Positions 41,901 through 49,784 of a stretch of DNA of 64,000 nucleotides are shown piece after piece. How positions within the stretch are numbered: position 1 is the first letter of the stretch; each line of letters starts with the position of its first letter. The DNA comes from Candidatus Flemingiibacterium sp. GTDB taxonomy: Bacteria; Bacillota; Clostridia; Oscillospirales; CAG-272. Both the position numbers and the translations under genes were made by a program. Under the pieces are notes generated by a model that was given only the letters and a program-made list of their open reading frames with translations, was not told the origin of the DNA and ran no database searches. The DNA lies in NCBI GenBank assembly GCA_045586505.1, contig JAZNAL010000013.1, positions 49,804-113,803 of the forward strand. Reading direction: 5' to 3'.

Positions 41901-42431
41901 GGTATGTGCTTCCTTCAGGTAACTCTTGAATATGATGAATCGGTGTTAACGCTGAAAGGTGCCTCCAATGGTTCTGTACTCTCAACTTTTGAAAATGGCG
42001 TAAACTTGCAATGGAGTGCAGATGCAGATACCTCAAAAAACGGCACTCTTGTTACTTTGACATTTGAAGTGAATGAAGATGCAGAGGCAGGAGAATACAC
42101 GGTAAACACAATTTTCCGTGAAGCGTACGATTCGGATCTGAATGATGTTGTCTTTACTGTCGCAGCCGGAACGATTACTGTCGCAGACTTTATCTACGGT
42201 GATGCTAACGGTGATGGTGAAGTAACTGGAAAGGATGCAGTGCTGCTTCGTAAATACATGGTGAATTACAATTACGATACAGGGACATCTTCTGTTGCGG
42301 TTTCCCCCGGAGCGGATGCCAATGGCGACGGTGAAGTAACTGGAAAGGACGCAGTACTGCTTCGCAAATACATGGTGAACTATAACTATGATACCGGAAC
42401 ATCATCAGTCGTTCTCGGTCCACAGCAGTAA
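38946..42431 (+). CDS. secreted multidomain peptidoglycan hydrolase: M23 peptidase + CHAP/NlpC-P60-like + SH3b + Cys-repeat + Big_2 + cohesin + dockerin
   Basis: Signal peptide. M23 motifs HYGIDL (HxxxD) and HLHFSF (HxH). CHAP-like QCNGFARKL ... PGDVVYNDSPHWFMVISV..GECNWG. SH3b (YPLTIRSGHGTSYDAIGSIPSGASVTV..WAHVTYNGVSGYA). Big_2 (VNSVSLNK..ITWNSSNTSIASV). Cohesin-like AGETFDVTVDVANNPGMCFLQVTLEYDESVLTL. Two dockerin EF-hand repeats DANGDGEVTGKDAVLLRKYMV. Confidence 0.8.
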   Translation: MMKKDLIIQKTAPCKAGKRVLSAIMALAMLCTMMCGITVPVTATSYELLNPITGTVQGAGYDETAGHYGIDLYPYNYGDPVYAVASGTIMYSCPRNHTKEYQSGDDCCTVKIILDEPITYNGTTYVCAFYTHMSALVYDIYCGYKAACVEEYNAGLRTDALPTESVHVEAGDLIGYVGKGNGATHLHFSFEASEADGYAMMPNSEYYDVFEWCYNDSITAGGTTSVSNNVASAYSTGMTLTQLQAKFPEGKYWNGGNADGYTSYACTCHGQGICIAGTSPCTCNHFQGGTQCNGFARKLAYDAYGSHLSTWQTTSSSSYVDSLKPGDVVYNDSPHWFMVISVSSDSVTVGECNWGSRCVIKWSRTVKKSTIKGYDGLNIFIAPYSLTSGSSTSVHTHTYSITEYEAAHPHKAYIKCSCGEFGGYTGATKYVSSCSSCSDTCTCSSSYAGTYTCITTNYPLTIRSGHGTSYDAIGSIPSGASVTVTRANGSWAHVTYNGVSGYASMEYLAKPYSTSSAYPVPFKCYTLSDDNHAADAFDAPNGNHIGYIYGTDYCTVKEIYSNGWCLVNVPWDSGTKDVYTYTGNFFNTSFTPVIDVVESSGNTYIRYNTSTRLGNVDAGDKVTIVDRYGVQVQAIYPHTDGTYRCAWINAYHFDHTHTPGAAATCTSPQVCTTCDAIIAGVTSHTPGAAATCTSNQTCTVCGVILNTQTAHTPGAAATCTTVQKCTVCGIILAGTIEHSYTAGDYTDPTHPHTIYNTCDCGAMSDSGYYAKVLSCTECYPTPTISGITYSPSTVKVGDTVTFTLNATGGTEHCICIGDGTDEIFKSLTSSCTYQFTKAGTYYIYGWVRNASGTKYPDTVTLVVEDNIVSVNSVSLNKTSATIDVGDTLNLTATVAPSNATNKNITWNSSNTSIASVSNGVVTAKSAGTTTITATTVDASKTATCIVIVSAPEEPINPNAAAIVVNDITTRAGETFDVTVDVANNPGMCFLQVTLEYDESVLTLKGASNGSVLSTFENGVNLQWSADADTSKNGTLVTLTFEVNEDAEAGEYTVNTIFREAYDSDLNDVVFTVAAGTITVADFIYGDANGDGEVTGKDAVLLRKYMVNYNYDTGTSSVAVSPGADANGDGEVTGKDAVLLRKYMVNYNYDTGTSSVVLGPQQ
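40914..41156 (+). repeat. three tandem 81-bp coding repeats (27-aa HTPGAAATCT..C..C units)
   Basis: Repeat units start at 40914, 40995 and 41076. Each encodes HTPGAAATCTxxQxCTxCxxI. Confidence 0.85.
42201..42410 (+). repeat. tandem duplicated dockerin segments (114-bp period)
   Basis: DANGDGEVTGKDAVLLRKYMVNYNYDTGTSSV is encoded twice, starting at 42201 and 42315. Confidence 0.85.
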
Positions 42432-42473
42432 TTCACATTTGGTTTAATAAAATACGAAAGAGGAAATATTACG

Positions 42474-45400
42474 ATGAAAAGATTTTGGTCATCAGTTTTG
42501 ATCTTTTTGATGGTGTTTAGCACCATTGTTATACCAGTAGAAGTAAGTGCGGCAGATGCACTTATGATAAGTGCCGACACACAATCTGCAGAAGCTGGAG
42601 AAACTGTCACAATTACACTGTCAGCTTCAAACAATCCTGGTCTGTCATTTTTGCAAGTGACGCTCCAGTATGACACATCTGTATTAACTCTCGAAAGTGC
42701 CACAAATGGAAACGTATTTTCTACCTTTGAAAAAGGCGTAAATCTTCAATGGAGTTCGGACGAAGATTCTACAAATAACGGAACACTCGCAACATTAAAA
42801 TTTAAAGTTACTGAAAATGCGGCTGTGGGGAGTTATGCCGTAAATGCAATCTTTCGCGAAGCATACGATTCGGATATCAATGATGTTGCCGTAGTCGTTA
42901 ATCCTGGTGCGGTAATCGTTACATCTGAACTTGTAGGCAAACAAACTGTAGCCGTTACCGCTCCTGTTAAAGGTGCAGTTCCGCAGGCTACAATCGCCGC
43001 TGGAAGCGGATACACAGGAACAATCGCTTGGGAAGGAAATCCCACAAAGTTTGCAGCGGATACTGTTTATGTCGCAAACATTACACTCACCGCGGCAGAT
43101 TGGTACGTTTTTGCTCCAACCGCAACCGGTAGTGTCAGCGGCGCAACTGTTACGAATAACTCTGTTTCAAGTGACGGAAGCACTCTGACATTCAAGGCAA
43201 CATTCCCGAATACCGCAGGTAAAGATACTCCTGCTTGTACCGCACCTGCGAATGTAACAGCAACCTATGGTCAGAAGCTCTCCGATATTACACTTACCAA
43301 TCCCGCAGGTAATACCACAGGCACTTGGACTTGGGCAGCTCCTACGACCTCTGTCGGAAATGTCGGAACAAAGACCTTCAAGGCAACATTTACACCAACT
43401 AATACAAACGATTATGTAGCTGTTGAGAATATCGATGTATCCGTTACGGTAAAGCCCAAGCCAATTACCGTTACTGTCGATAACATTGCCGATCAGCAGT
43501 ATACCGGTAGTCAGATCAAGCCTACAGTTACAGTAAAGGGCGATGGCAAGACTCTCGTTCTTAACACTGATTACACTGTCGAGTACGGCACAAACAAAAA
43601 CGTTGGTGCAACTGGCGGTTCTGTAACCGTTAAAGCAAAATCCGGCAGTAACTATACTTTCAGCAACACCACAGAGAACTTCAATATTGTTGCCCAAGCA
43701 GGTCAGGTTACAATCAGTGGAAATCTTAATGTAACTTATCCTAACACTGTTCCCAACGCAACGATTGATAAGCATGGCAGTGACGGCAGCGTAACCGTAT
43801 ACTACTACACCAACGAAGCCTGCACCAGCGGTAGGACAACTACCAAGCCTACCAATACAGGCAACTATTGGGCAAAAGCTGAAATGGCAGCCGGAACTAA
43901 CTATGGCTCTGCTGTAAGTAATGTCCTCGCATTTACTATTTCCCGTGCAAGCATAACACCTAGTGTTTCTATTGCAAATTGGACTTATCTCGGCAACGCA
44001 AGTACTCCATCCGTTACAGGCAACACCGGCAACGGCACTGTAACCTATCAGTACAAGGCTAAGGACGCTAACGATAATACATACACTGCAACGGTTCCCA
44101 CTAAAGCAGGTGATTACACCATTAAGGCTACTGTGGCACAGAGCTCGAACTATAACGGTGCAACTGCAACAGCAGATTTCAAGATCAACCCCAAGAATAT
44201 CTCCGAGGTGACGATTGACGCAATTGCTGATCAGACCTATACCGGCAATGCAATCACTCCCAAGCCTTCTGTTAAGGATGGCATCACTCCGCTCGTTCTC
44301 GACACTGATTTTACATACAGTTATGAGAATAATACCAATGTAAGTACTACCGCAACCGTTAAGGTAGTCGGTAAAGGTAACTACACCGGCACTGCAAGCA
44401 AAACCTTTACTATCATTCGCAAAGATCTTTCCATTACAGTAAGCATAACAGGATGGACTGTTGGCGGTACACCTAACGCTCCTGCTGTTACAGGTAATCT
44501 CGGCAACGGTGCTGTAACTTATCAGTACAAGGTTAAGGGTGCAGCAGATAGCACATATTCTGCTACAGTTCCGACAGCTGTAGGCAACTACACAGTAAAG
44601 GCGACCGTAGCACAGACTGCAAATTATAACGGCGCTACCGCAACAACCGATTTTGCTATCAGCACAAAATCGGCACAGAACATTACCGCTGACAATGTAA
44701 CAGTTACCTACGGCGACTCCGGAAAGAAAGTTTCCGGTACAACCAACGGTAACGGAACAATCAGCTATGCTGTAAAGAGCGGTTCCGATGTTGTAGAGGT
44801 CAACAGCACGACCGGTGCACTGACCATCAAGAAGGTTGGTACGGCTACTATCACTGTTACTGCATCTGAAACAACTTCTCATGCAGCAGCTACAAAGGAC
44901 ATTACCGTAACCGTCAACCCCAAGAAGATTACCGCACCTGCGGCTGACACCACTGTTTATACCTATAACGGAAGCGAACAGACCTACAAGATCACAGCAA
45001 ATGATGCTTATACCGTAACAGGTAACAAGCAGACTGCGGCTAATGAAACAGGTTACACTGTAACCGTAGCTCTCAAAGATAAGGTGAACTATCAGTGGAG
45101 TGATGGTTCCACTGAAGATCAGACATACACCTTCATCATAAAGAAGGCAAGTGTTACTGCACCGGCAGCTAACAATACGACTTTCGCATATACCGGAAAA
45201 GAGCAGACCTACTCTCTTACTGCAAATGATGCTTATACCATCACCGGGAACAAGCAGACTGCGGCTAACGAAACCGGCTACACCGTAACAGTGGCTCTTA
45301 AGGATAAGGTAAACCGTCAGTGGAGCGATGGCACTACCGATGACAAAACCTACACCTTCATTATTAAGAAAGCAACTATTACAATTACCGCAAAGAACAA

Positions 45401-46460
45401 GAGTGCATATACTGGAAATACTGCGCCTACCCTCGGTGATAGCGATTATACAGTAACCGGACTTGTAAACGGCGAGACACTGAAAACAAAGCCCACCATC
45501 GCTTATGAAACTACACCGGATATGAGCAAGGCTGGTACAACTAATATCCTTGTTTCCGATGCTGTAGCTCCCGATGGCAGCAACTACAATGATATCGTAT
45601 ATATCAGCGGTACATTGACAATAGCGAAAGATGCCGATGAATATGAGTGGTTGTGGTATTACCTCATGGTACTCCAGAGCCAGAAATTCGATGTTACGGC
45701 AACCGCAACCGCAGGAGGCGAAATTGATCCTGCCGGTGTGAGCAAGGTACAGTATTCCAAGAGCATTACCTATACCATCACTCCCGATGCCGGCTATGCA
45801 ATCAAGTCTGTTCTCGTAGACGGCGAGGATGTTGGCTCTGCCAGCGAATACACCTTCAAGAACGTTACCAAGAAACATACTATTCACGCTGTCTTTGAAC
45901 AAGTCAATCCCTACACCGACATAAAAGCTGACGATTGGTTCTATGATGATGTGCTTTATGTAACTTCTAAGGGCCTGATGGAAGGTACAGGTAACGGCAA
46001 GTTCTCTCCCGAAATTTCCACCGACCGCGCGATGCTCGTAACGGTTCTGTGGAGACTGGAAGGCTCTCCTGTTGTTGACAATCCTGTTGATTTCCTCGAC
46101 GTTGCAGACGGACTGTGGTACTCTGATGCTATCGATTGGGCTTCCGCAAACGGCATCGTAAACGGTTACGGTGATGGCAGATTCGGCCCCACCGACACAA
46201 TTACCCGTGAACAGATGGCAACCATCATGTGGCGTTATGCAAAGTACAAGGGATACGATGTATCGGTCGGCGAGAACACCGACATTCTCTCCTACACCGA
46301 CGCTGAAACGGTAAGCGATTGGGCAATTCCTGCAATGCAGTGGGCGTGCAGCAAAGATATGATTAAGGGTATTGTAAATAACATTCTTGATCCTGCCGGC
46401 GACGCAACCCGAGCACAAATTGCAGCAATTCTGTATCGTTTCTGCCAGACAATCAAATAA
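42474..46460 (+). CDS. cell-wall-anchored cohesin protein: N-terminal cohesin + many Ig-like/MBG-type repeats + C-terminal triple SLH
   Basis: Signal peptide. The cohesin-like domain is clearly paralogous to the one in the upstream gene (AGETVTITLSASNNPGLSFLQVTLQYDTSVLTL). Repeats of the YTG..I.P.V.V..G...L...DYTV.Y type are present. The C-terminal SLH repeats read YTDIKADDWFYDDVLYV.., FLDVADGLWYSDAIDWA.., YTDAETVSDWAIPAMQWA... Confidence 0.8.
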   Translation: MKRFWSSVLIFLMVFSTIVIPVEVSAADALMISADTQSAEAGETVTITLSASNNPGLSFLQVTLQYDTSVLTLESATNGNVFSTFEKGVNLQWSSDEDSTNNGTLATLKFKVTENAAVGSYAVNAIFREAYDSDINDVAVVVNPGAVIVTSELVGKQTVAVTAPVKGAVPQATIAAGSGYTGTIAWEGNPTKFAADTVYVANITLTAADWYVFAPTATGSVSGATVTNNSVSSDGSTLTFKATFPNTAGKDTPACTAPANVTATYGQKLSDITLTNPAGNTTGTWTWAAPTTSVGNVGTKTFKATFTPTNTNDYVAVENIDVSVTVKPKPITVTVDNIADQQYTGSQIKPTVTVKGDGKTLVLNTDYTVEYGTNKNVGATGGSVTVKAKSGSNYTFSNTTENFNIVAQAGQVTISGNLNVTYPNTVPNATIDKHGSDGSVTVYYYTNEACTSGRTTTKPTNTGNYWAKAEMAAGTNYGSAVSNVLAFTISRASITPSVSIANWTYLGNASTPSVTGNTGNGTVTYQYKAKDANDNTYTATVPTKAGDYTIKATVAQSSNYNGATATADFKINPKNISEVTIDAIADQTYTGNAITPKPSVKDGITPLVLDTDFTYSYENNTNVSTTATVKVVGKGNYTGTASKTFTIIRKDLSITVSITGWTVGGTPNAPAVTGNLGNGAVTYQYKVKGAADSTYSATVPTAVGNYTVKATVAQTANYNGATATTDFAISTKSAQNITADNVTVTYGDSGKKVSGTTNGNGTISYAVKSGSDVVEVNSTTGALTIKKVGTATITVTASETTSHAAATKDITVTVNPKKITAPAADTTVYTYNGSEQTYKITANDAYTVTGNKQTAANETGYTVTVALKDKVNYQWSDGSTEDQTYTFIIKKASVTAPAANNTTFAYTGKEQTYSLTANDAYTITGNKQTAANETGYTVTVALKDKVNRQWSDGTTDDKTYTFIIKKATITITAKNKSAYTGNTAPTLGDSDYTVTGLVNGETLKTKPTIAYETTPDMSKAGTTNILVSDAVAPDGSNYNDIVYISGTLTIAKDADEYEWLWYYLMVLQSQKFDVTATATAGGEIDPAGVSKVQYSKSITYTITPDAGYAIKSVLVDGEDVGSASEYTFKNVTKKHTIHAVFEQVNPYTDIKADDWFYDDVLYVTSKGLMEGTGNGKFSPEISTDRAMLVTVLWRLEGSPVVDNPVDFLDVADGLWYSDAIDWASANGIVNGYGDGRFGPTDTITREQMATIMWRYAKYKGYDVSVGENTDILSYTDAETVSDWAIPAMQWACSKDMIKGIVNNILDPAGDATRAQIAAILYRFCQTIK

Positions 46461-46469
46461 TTCATTTAT

Positions 46470-46510
46470 AGAAGAAACCACACTCTACAAAATAGAGTGT
46501 GGTTTCTTCT
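46470..46510 (+). terminator. intrinsic terminator of the surface-protein operon
   Basis: Hairpin AGAAGAAACCACACTCT/AGAGTGTGGTTTCTTCT. Confidence 0.75.
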
Positions 46511-46658
46511 ATATGGAGACATTTTTTAAGTTTTATTCAACTCAATAGTTATAATTCTTAACACTAATTATAATTCACAAAGAATGTGTAGATTGCTGGA
46601 AAATTATGTGATATAATACACTTTAGTAAAGATATTTGGTGCCATGGGAGAAATAATT

Positions 46659-46802
46659 ATGATGCTAGATATATCTGATACGCAATTTAAAAGAATTTTC
46701 TCTAACCCTAAATTTTATCTTCCTATTCGCTGGGATAATAAAGACTTTTTATATACATTAAAGGCGTTAATGTGGATGGGTGTGTTGTTTGTGTTATTGT
46801 AA
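46659..46802 (+). CDS. possible 47-aa small protein with hydrophobic C-terminus (below the ORF-track cutoff)
   Basis: GGGAGA RBS. MMLDISDTQFKRIFSNPKFYLPIRWDNKDFLYTLKALMWMGVLFVLL. Confidence 0.25.
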   Translation: MMLDISDTQFKRIFSNPKFYLPIRWDNKDFLYTLKALMWMGVLFVLL

Positions 46803-46872
46803 TTAGAGACAACTCAAGTAATTGATTATTTGGATACGTTTTACTTTATGTGTCGATTTTTACATATTAATG

Positions 46873-46901
46873 TTGCAAAATATAATGTGTTGTGATATAA
46901 T
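46873..46901 (+). promoter_or_regulatory. promoter of the 46943-49277 two-gene module
   Basis: TTGCAA-17 nt-TATAAT, 42 nt upstream of the ATG, which has a GGGAGG RBS. Confidence 0.6.
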
Positions 46902-46942
46902 AATAATTGAAAAAGAAAAAAGTATAAAAGGGAGGATGTATT

Positions 46943-47566
46943 ATGGTAAATACAGTAGTGGATATTAGTGAATTTTACCAGACAATCAATGATATTGAAA
47001 CTTTAGGATTTGACACACATTTGTTTATCAACGCAATTAACAAAATATATAATTCGCCTATTTTTATATTAATAAATGATAAAACTGAAGATAAGGTTTT
47101 ACCATCTGATGAATTAAATTCATTGCGAATTTTGGGTACACCGGTCTATGTATCTGTTACGCAAATTAAAGACAATTTAAAAAGTGATTTTTTCAATATG
47201 GTACTACGTATTTTTTTAAATAGTATTTCTAAACAAAATAGAGAAATGGTTGTTTCTTTGCTTGAACAGTTGTTGCCTCAAATAATTGCAAGCATACACT
47301 ACATTACTAAAGAAGAAAGATGTATGTATGCTATTGCAATAGAATTTTATTTAAGAGATAGTCAAAAGTTTCATAGCCCCGAGGAATTCAAACCCAAGCT
47401 GTTAGAAAATTATTGTGATAACCTTACCGTAAACTGCTCACATAGAAAGAACACAAAATGTTTTATTAGTATGGAGCGAGTGTATAATTCGTTAAATAGT
47501 TTAGAAAGCAAGCATATATTAGAGAGGAACAAGGAAACAAATGGGTACAAATACATACGATGGTAA
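46943..47566 (+). CDS. hypothetical protein, component A of a two-gene module
   Basis: 207-aa AT-rich ORF with a strong RBS. No recognisable catalytic motif. The C-terminal VYNSLNSLESKHILERNKETNGYKYIRW looks winged-helix-like. It overlaps the next gene by 26 nt. Confidence 0.6.
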   Translation: MVNTVVDISEFYQTINDIETLGFDTHLFINAINKIYNSPIFILINDKTEDKVLPSDELNSLRILGTPVYVSVTQIKDNLKSDFFNMVLRIFLNSISKQNREMVVSLLEQLLPQIIASIHYITKEERCMYAIAIEFYLRDSQKFHSPEEFKPKLLENYCDNLTVNCSHRKNTKCFISMERVYNSLNSLESKHILERNKETNGYKYIRW

Positions 47567-49277
47567 TGAAGTAATGATAAACAATAACAATGATGACTTG
47601 TTTTCCACTGCTTCCTTTGAGCCAGAGGCAATTGAAATTTTAACTGCGGATGATGTATATGGTGCAACTGCTGATATTTTAGAGAAAGAATTTGAGAGTC
47701 TTTATGAAATAAAGCAAAACTTGGAAACATCAGGAGCTACAAAATCAGCAGTTATATTTCGAGATATTCTATGGAAAATACTTTTTAGGAATAATGAAAA
47801 TATCCCCACTCCTTTTATTATTTTAAAAGAGTCGTTTCATATTAACAGAGTGTATTATGATAGTTATAGTTCTCATCTTTCTGCCAAGCATTTTCCACGC
47901 AAGCAATATTGCAAGAGACTATTCTTTTTAAGTTGTCCAATATACTCTGATGACCTTTTTGATAAAAGTGAAAACGAGTTGTGTGATTTACTAATAGGTT
48001 CTTGTGTTATAAGACCGTCTCTTGAAAACGAGAACATTATTGGGCAAACGCTTTTGAATCCAAAATGTTTTGAAAAATGGAAAAACGAATATATATGCAC
48101 AGCTTCATACAAATTAACTATGTTCGGTAAACGTGTAAGTCTCGAAGCATTTCCTTATATGATGCAAGATGGGGAAGTTATTACTTGTGCAGAAACAACT
48201 TTAATTCATTTGTTGGATTATTTTAGTAATCGTTATAGTTCATACAGATCCGTAGTTCCCAGTGATTTGTTTGAAATTGAAAAAGAGCTATCTTTTGAAC
48301 GTATTATTCCAAGTAAAGGGATGACTTATAAAACAGTTTCACATCTTTTGACCAAGTTAAACTTTCATCCTAAATTATATGGTTTTGATAATAATGATAC
48401 AATTGTAGATAAAAGAACTATGCATCATTATATTGATTCGGCGATCCCAGTCGCAGTAAGTTTGAATCCAGGGAATGCCGAACAATCCCACTCAATTGTT
48501 GCTATAGGAATATCAAAAACTTTATTGCCGATAAATAAGGTGTCCTCTAAATTAAAGCCACAAAATGGATTGTATTTTCTAGATATTTCGGATTTGTATT
48601 ATGAATATATAGTTATGAATGATTCTTCTGCACCTTATACAAAGATATCTATGGTTACAGATGGTTGCAAAGAAAAGAGATTTAAATTCCAAATAGAAAA
48701 TACAGTTGGAAATTTTGAAATTTCATCAATAATTGCTCCTTTGGCAAAAAGAATGTATCTAGACGATTTTAAGGCTTCGGAAATTGCATTAAGTTTTATT
48801 TCAAATGATAATGTAGGAATAAAAAAGGCAATTGAAATGGCTGGTATTGATGAATATAGCCAGTTGGGATTGACTAAAAATGATCCTATATTGTATCGCT
48901 TGTTTTTGGTAAGAGCCGGTAGTTTTAGAAGAAAACGATCGTTTAACTTAAAGAAAAAAACCTTGCGATGGACGGTATATAGTAGTATTCCTTTGCCAAA
49001 ATTTGTTTGGGTATGTGAATTGTATAGCAAGTCTTCGTTGGAAAAAGGGAAAGCAATTGGAGAAGTGGTTATTGATGCTACTGCGAGTGAAATGGATGGA
49101 ATTTCAAGTGCAATAATACTAAATTATCCAGGTTGCTTTTCCTATCGTACTCCGGAAGAATCATTTGATATTTTTGTAAAACGATATGAATCCAATGATC
49201 AACCGACCGATTGGTCGCTAATTGAACCATATATACATTTTCAAGAACCCCAAGAGGAATATTTAGAAAATAATTAA
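47541..49277 (+). CDS. hypothetical protein with central papain-fold (C39-like) cysteine peptidase signature, component B
   Basis: 578 aa. FPYMMQDGEVITCAETTLIHLLDYF shows a Q..C nucleophile context as in C39/papain-like peptidases. A downstream AEQSHSIVAIG is a candidate catalytic His. The N- and C-terminal regions are unassigned. Confidence 0.5.
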   Translation: MGTNTYDGNEVMINNNNDDLFSTASFEPEAIEILTADDVYGATADILEKEFESLYEIKQNLETSGATKSAVIFRDILWKILFRNNENIPTPFIILKESFHINRVYYDSYSSHLSAKHFPRKQYCKRLFFLSCPIYSDDLFDKSENELCDLLIGSCVIRPSLENENIIGQTLLNPKCFEKWKNEYICTASYKLTMFGKRVSLEAFPYMMQDGEVITCAETTLIHLLDYFSNRYSSYRSVVPSDLFEIEKELSFERIIPSKGMTYKTVSHLLTKLNFHPKLYGFDNNDTIVDKRTMHHYIDSAIPVAVSLNPGNAEQSHSIVAIGISKTLLPINKVSSKLKPQNGLYFLDISDLYYEYIVMNDSSAPYTKISMVTDGCKEKRFKFQIENTVGNFEISSIIAPLAKRMYLDDFKASEIALSFISNDNVGIKKAIEMAGIDEYSQLGLTKNDPILYRLFLVRAGSFRRKRSFNLKKKTLRWTVYSSIPLPKFVWVCELYSKSSLEKGKAIGEVVIDATASEMDGISSAIILNYPGCFSYRTPEESFDIFVKRYESNDQPTDWSLIEPYIHFQEPQEEYLENN

Positions 49278-49368
49278 AAAATAGCGATTTACTATTGACT
49301 AATAATCAAATTTGTGATATACTATATTAGCTCGGAAGTTACGGAGACGATAGAAAGAGGAAATAATT

Positions 49369-49548
49369 ATGTTTTTAAAACCTAAAAAGGTTTGTATTGA
49401 GAAAAATTTTGCACCAAGAGTGCATTCTGTAAAAATTACCCAGCAGCATATTGACGAATTGAATAGAGAAATTCAGAAAAATGTTATGGAAAAAGAAATC
49501 GAACGAGAAAAAGGCTTAGAAATTGCTGTTCGTTGTCGTATGAGATGA
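49369..49548 (+). CDS. stand-alone 59-aa basic/coiled-coil small protein (below the ORF-track cutoff)
   Basis: It has its own TTGACT-17-(TGa)TATACT promoter at 49295-49323, a GAAAGAGGA RBS and a terminator hairpin at 49602-49645. Sequence: MFLKPKKVCIEKNFAPRVHSVKITQQHIDELNREIQKNVMEKEIEREKGLEIAVRCRMR. Confidence 0.45.
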   Translation: MFLKPKKVCIEKNFAPRVHSVKITQQHIDELNREIQKNVMEKEIEREKGLEIAVRCRMR

Positions 49549-49730
49549 TTCTGATTGCCTTTTATGTCAATTACGGTCACTATGTAGTTGCAAATATTGT
49601 AAAATACCACTCGAGAACGCTATGTCTTGAGTGGTATTTGTTTTAAAATGAGTATTATCTCCACAACAAATATAATAAAAAACAATCAAATTGAATTTGC
49701 ATATCAAATATGATTAGTATGCAGATATCC

Positions 49731-49759
49731 TTGACTTTCTGCATATAATATAGTATAAT
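49731..49759 (+). promoter_or_regulatory. promoter of the Fic operon with overlapping operator-like repeats
   Basis: TTGACT-17 nt-TATAAT. The 8-10 nt element TATGCAGA(TA) occurs at 49718-49727 (direct), 49738-49745 (inverted, within the spacer) and 49762-49771 (direct). Confidence 0.65.
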
Positions 49760-49784
49760 TATATGCAGATAAGGAGCGTGTATT

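Larger units (their letters stand above)
31470..46515. mobile_element. recombinase-bearing accessory segment(s): serine-recombinase module plus tyrosine-recombinase/surface-protein module; boundaries approximate
   Basis: Abrupt drop in GC after the thrS terminator. It holds a large serine recombinase, an XRE repressor, an HTH/excisionase-like gene and a tyrosine recombinase. No flanking direct repeats were identified by eye. Confidence 0.45.

Noticed and set aside
43167-46481. 1104-aa ORF on the minus strand
   Set aside because: It is the antisense shadow of the 42474-46460 cohesin/SLH gene. The translation is low-complexity and Cys/Gly/Ser-rich with no RBS. The + strand frame has clear domain signatures.
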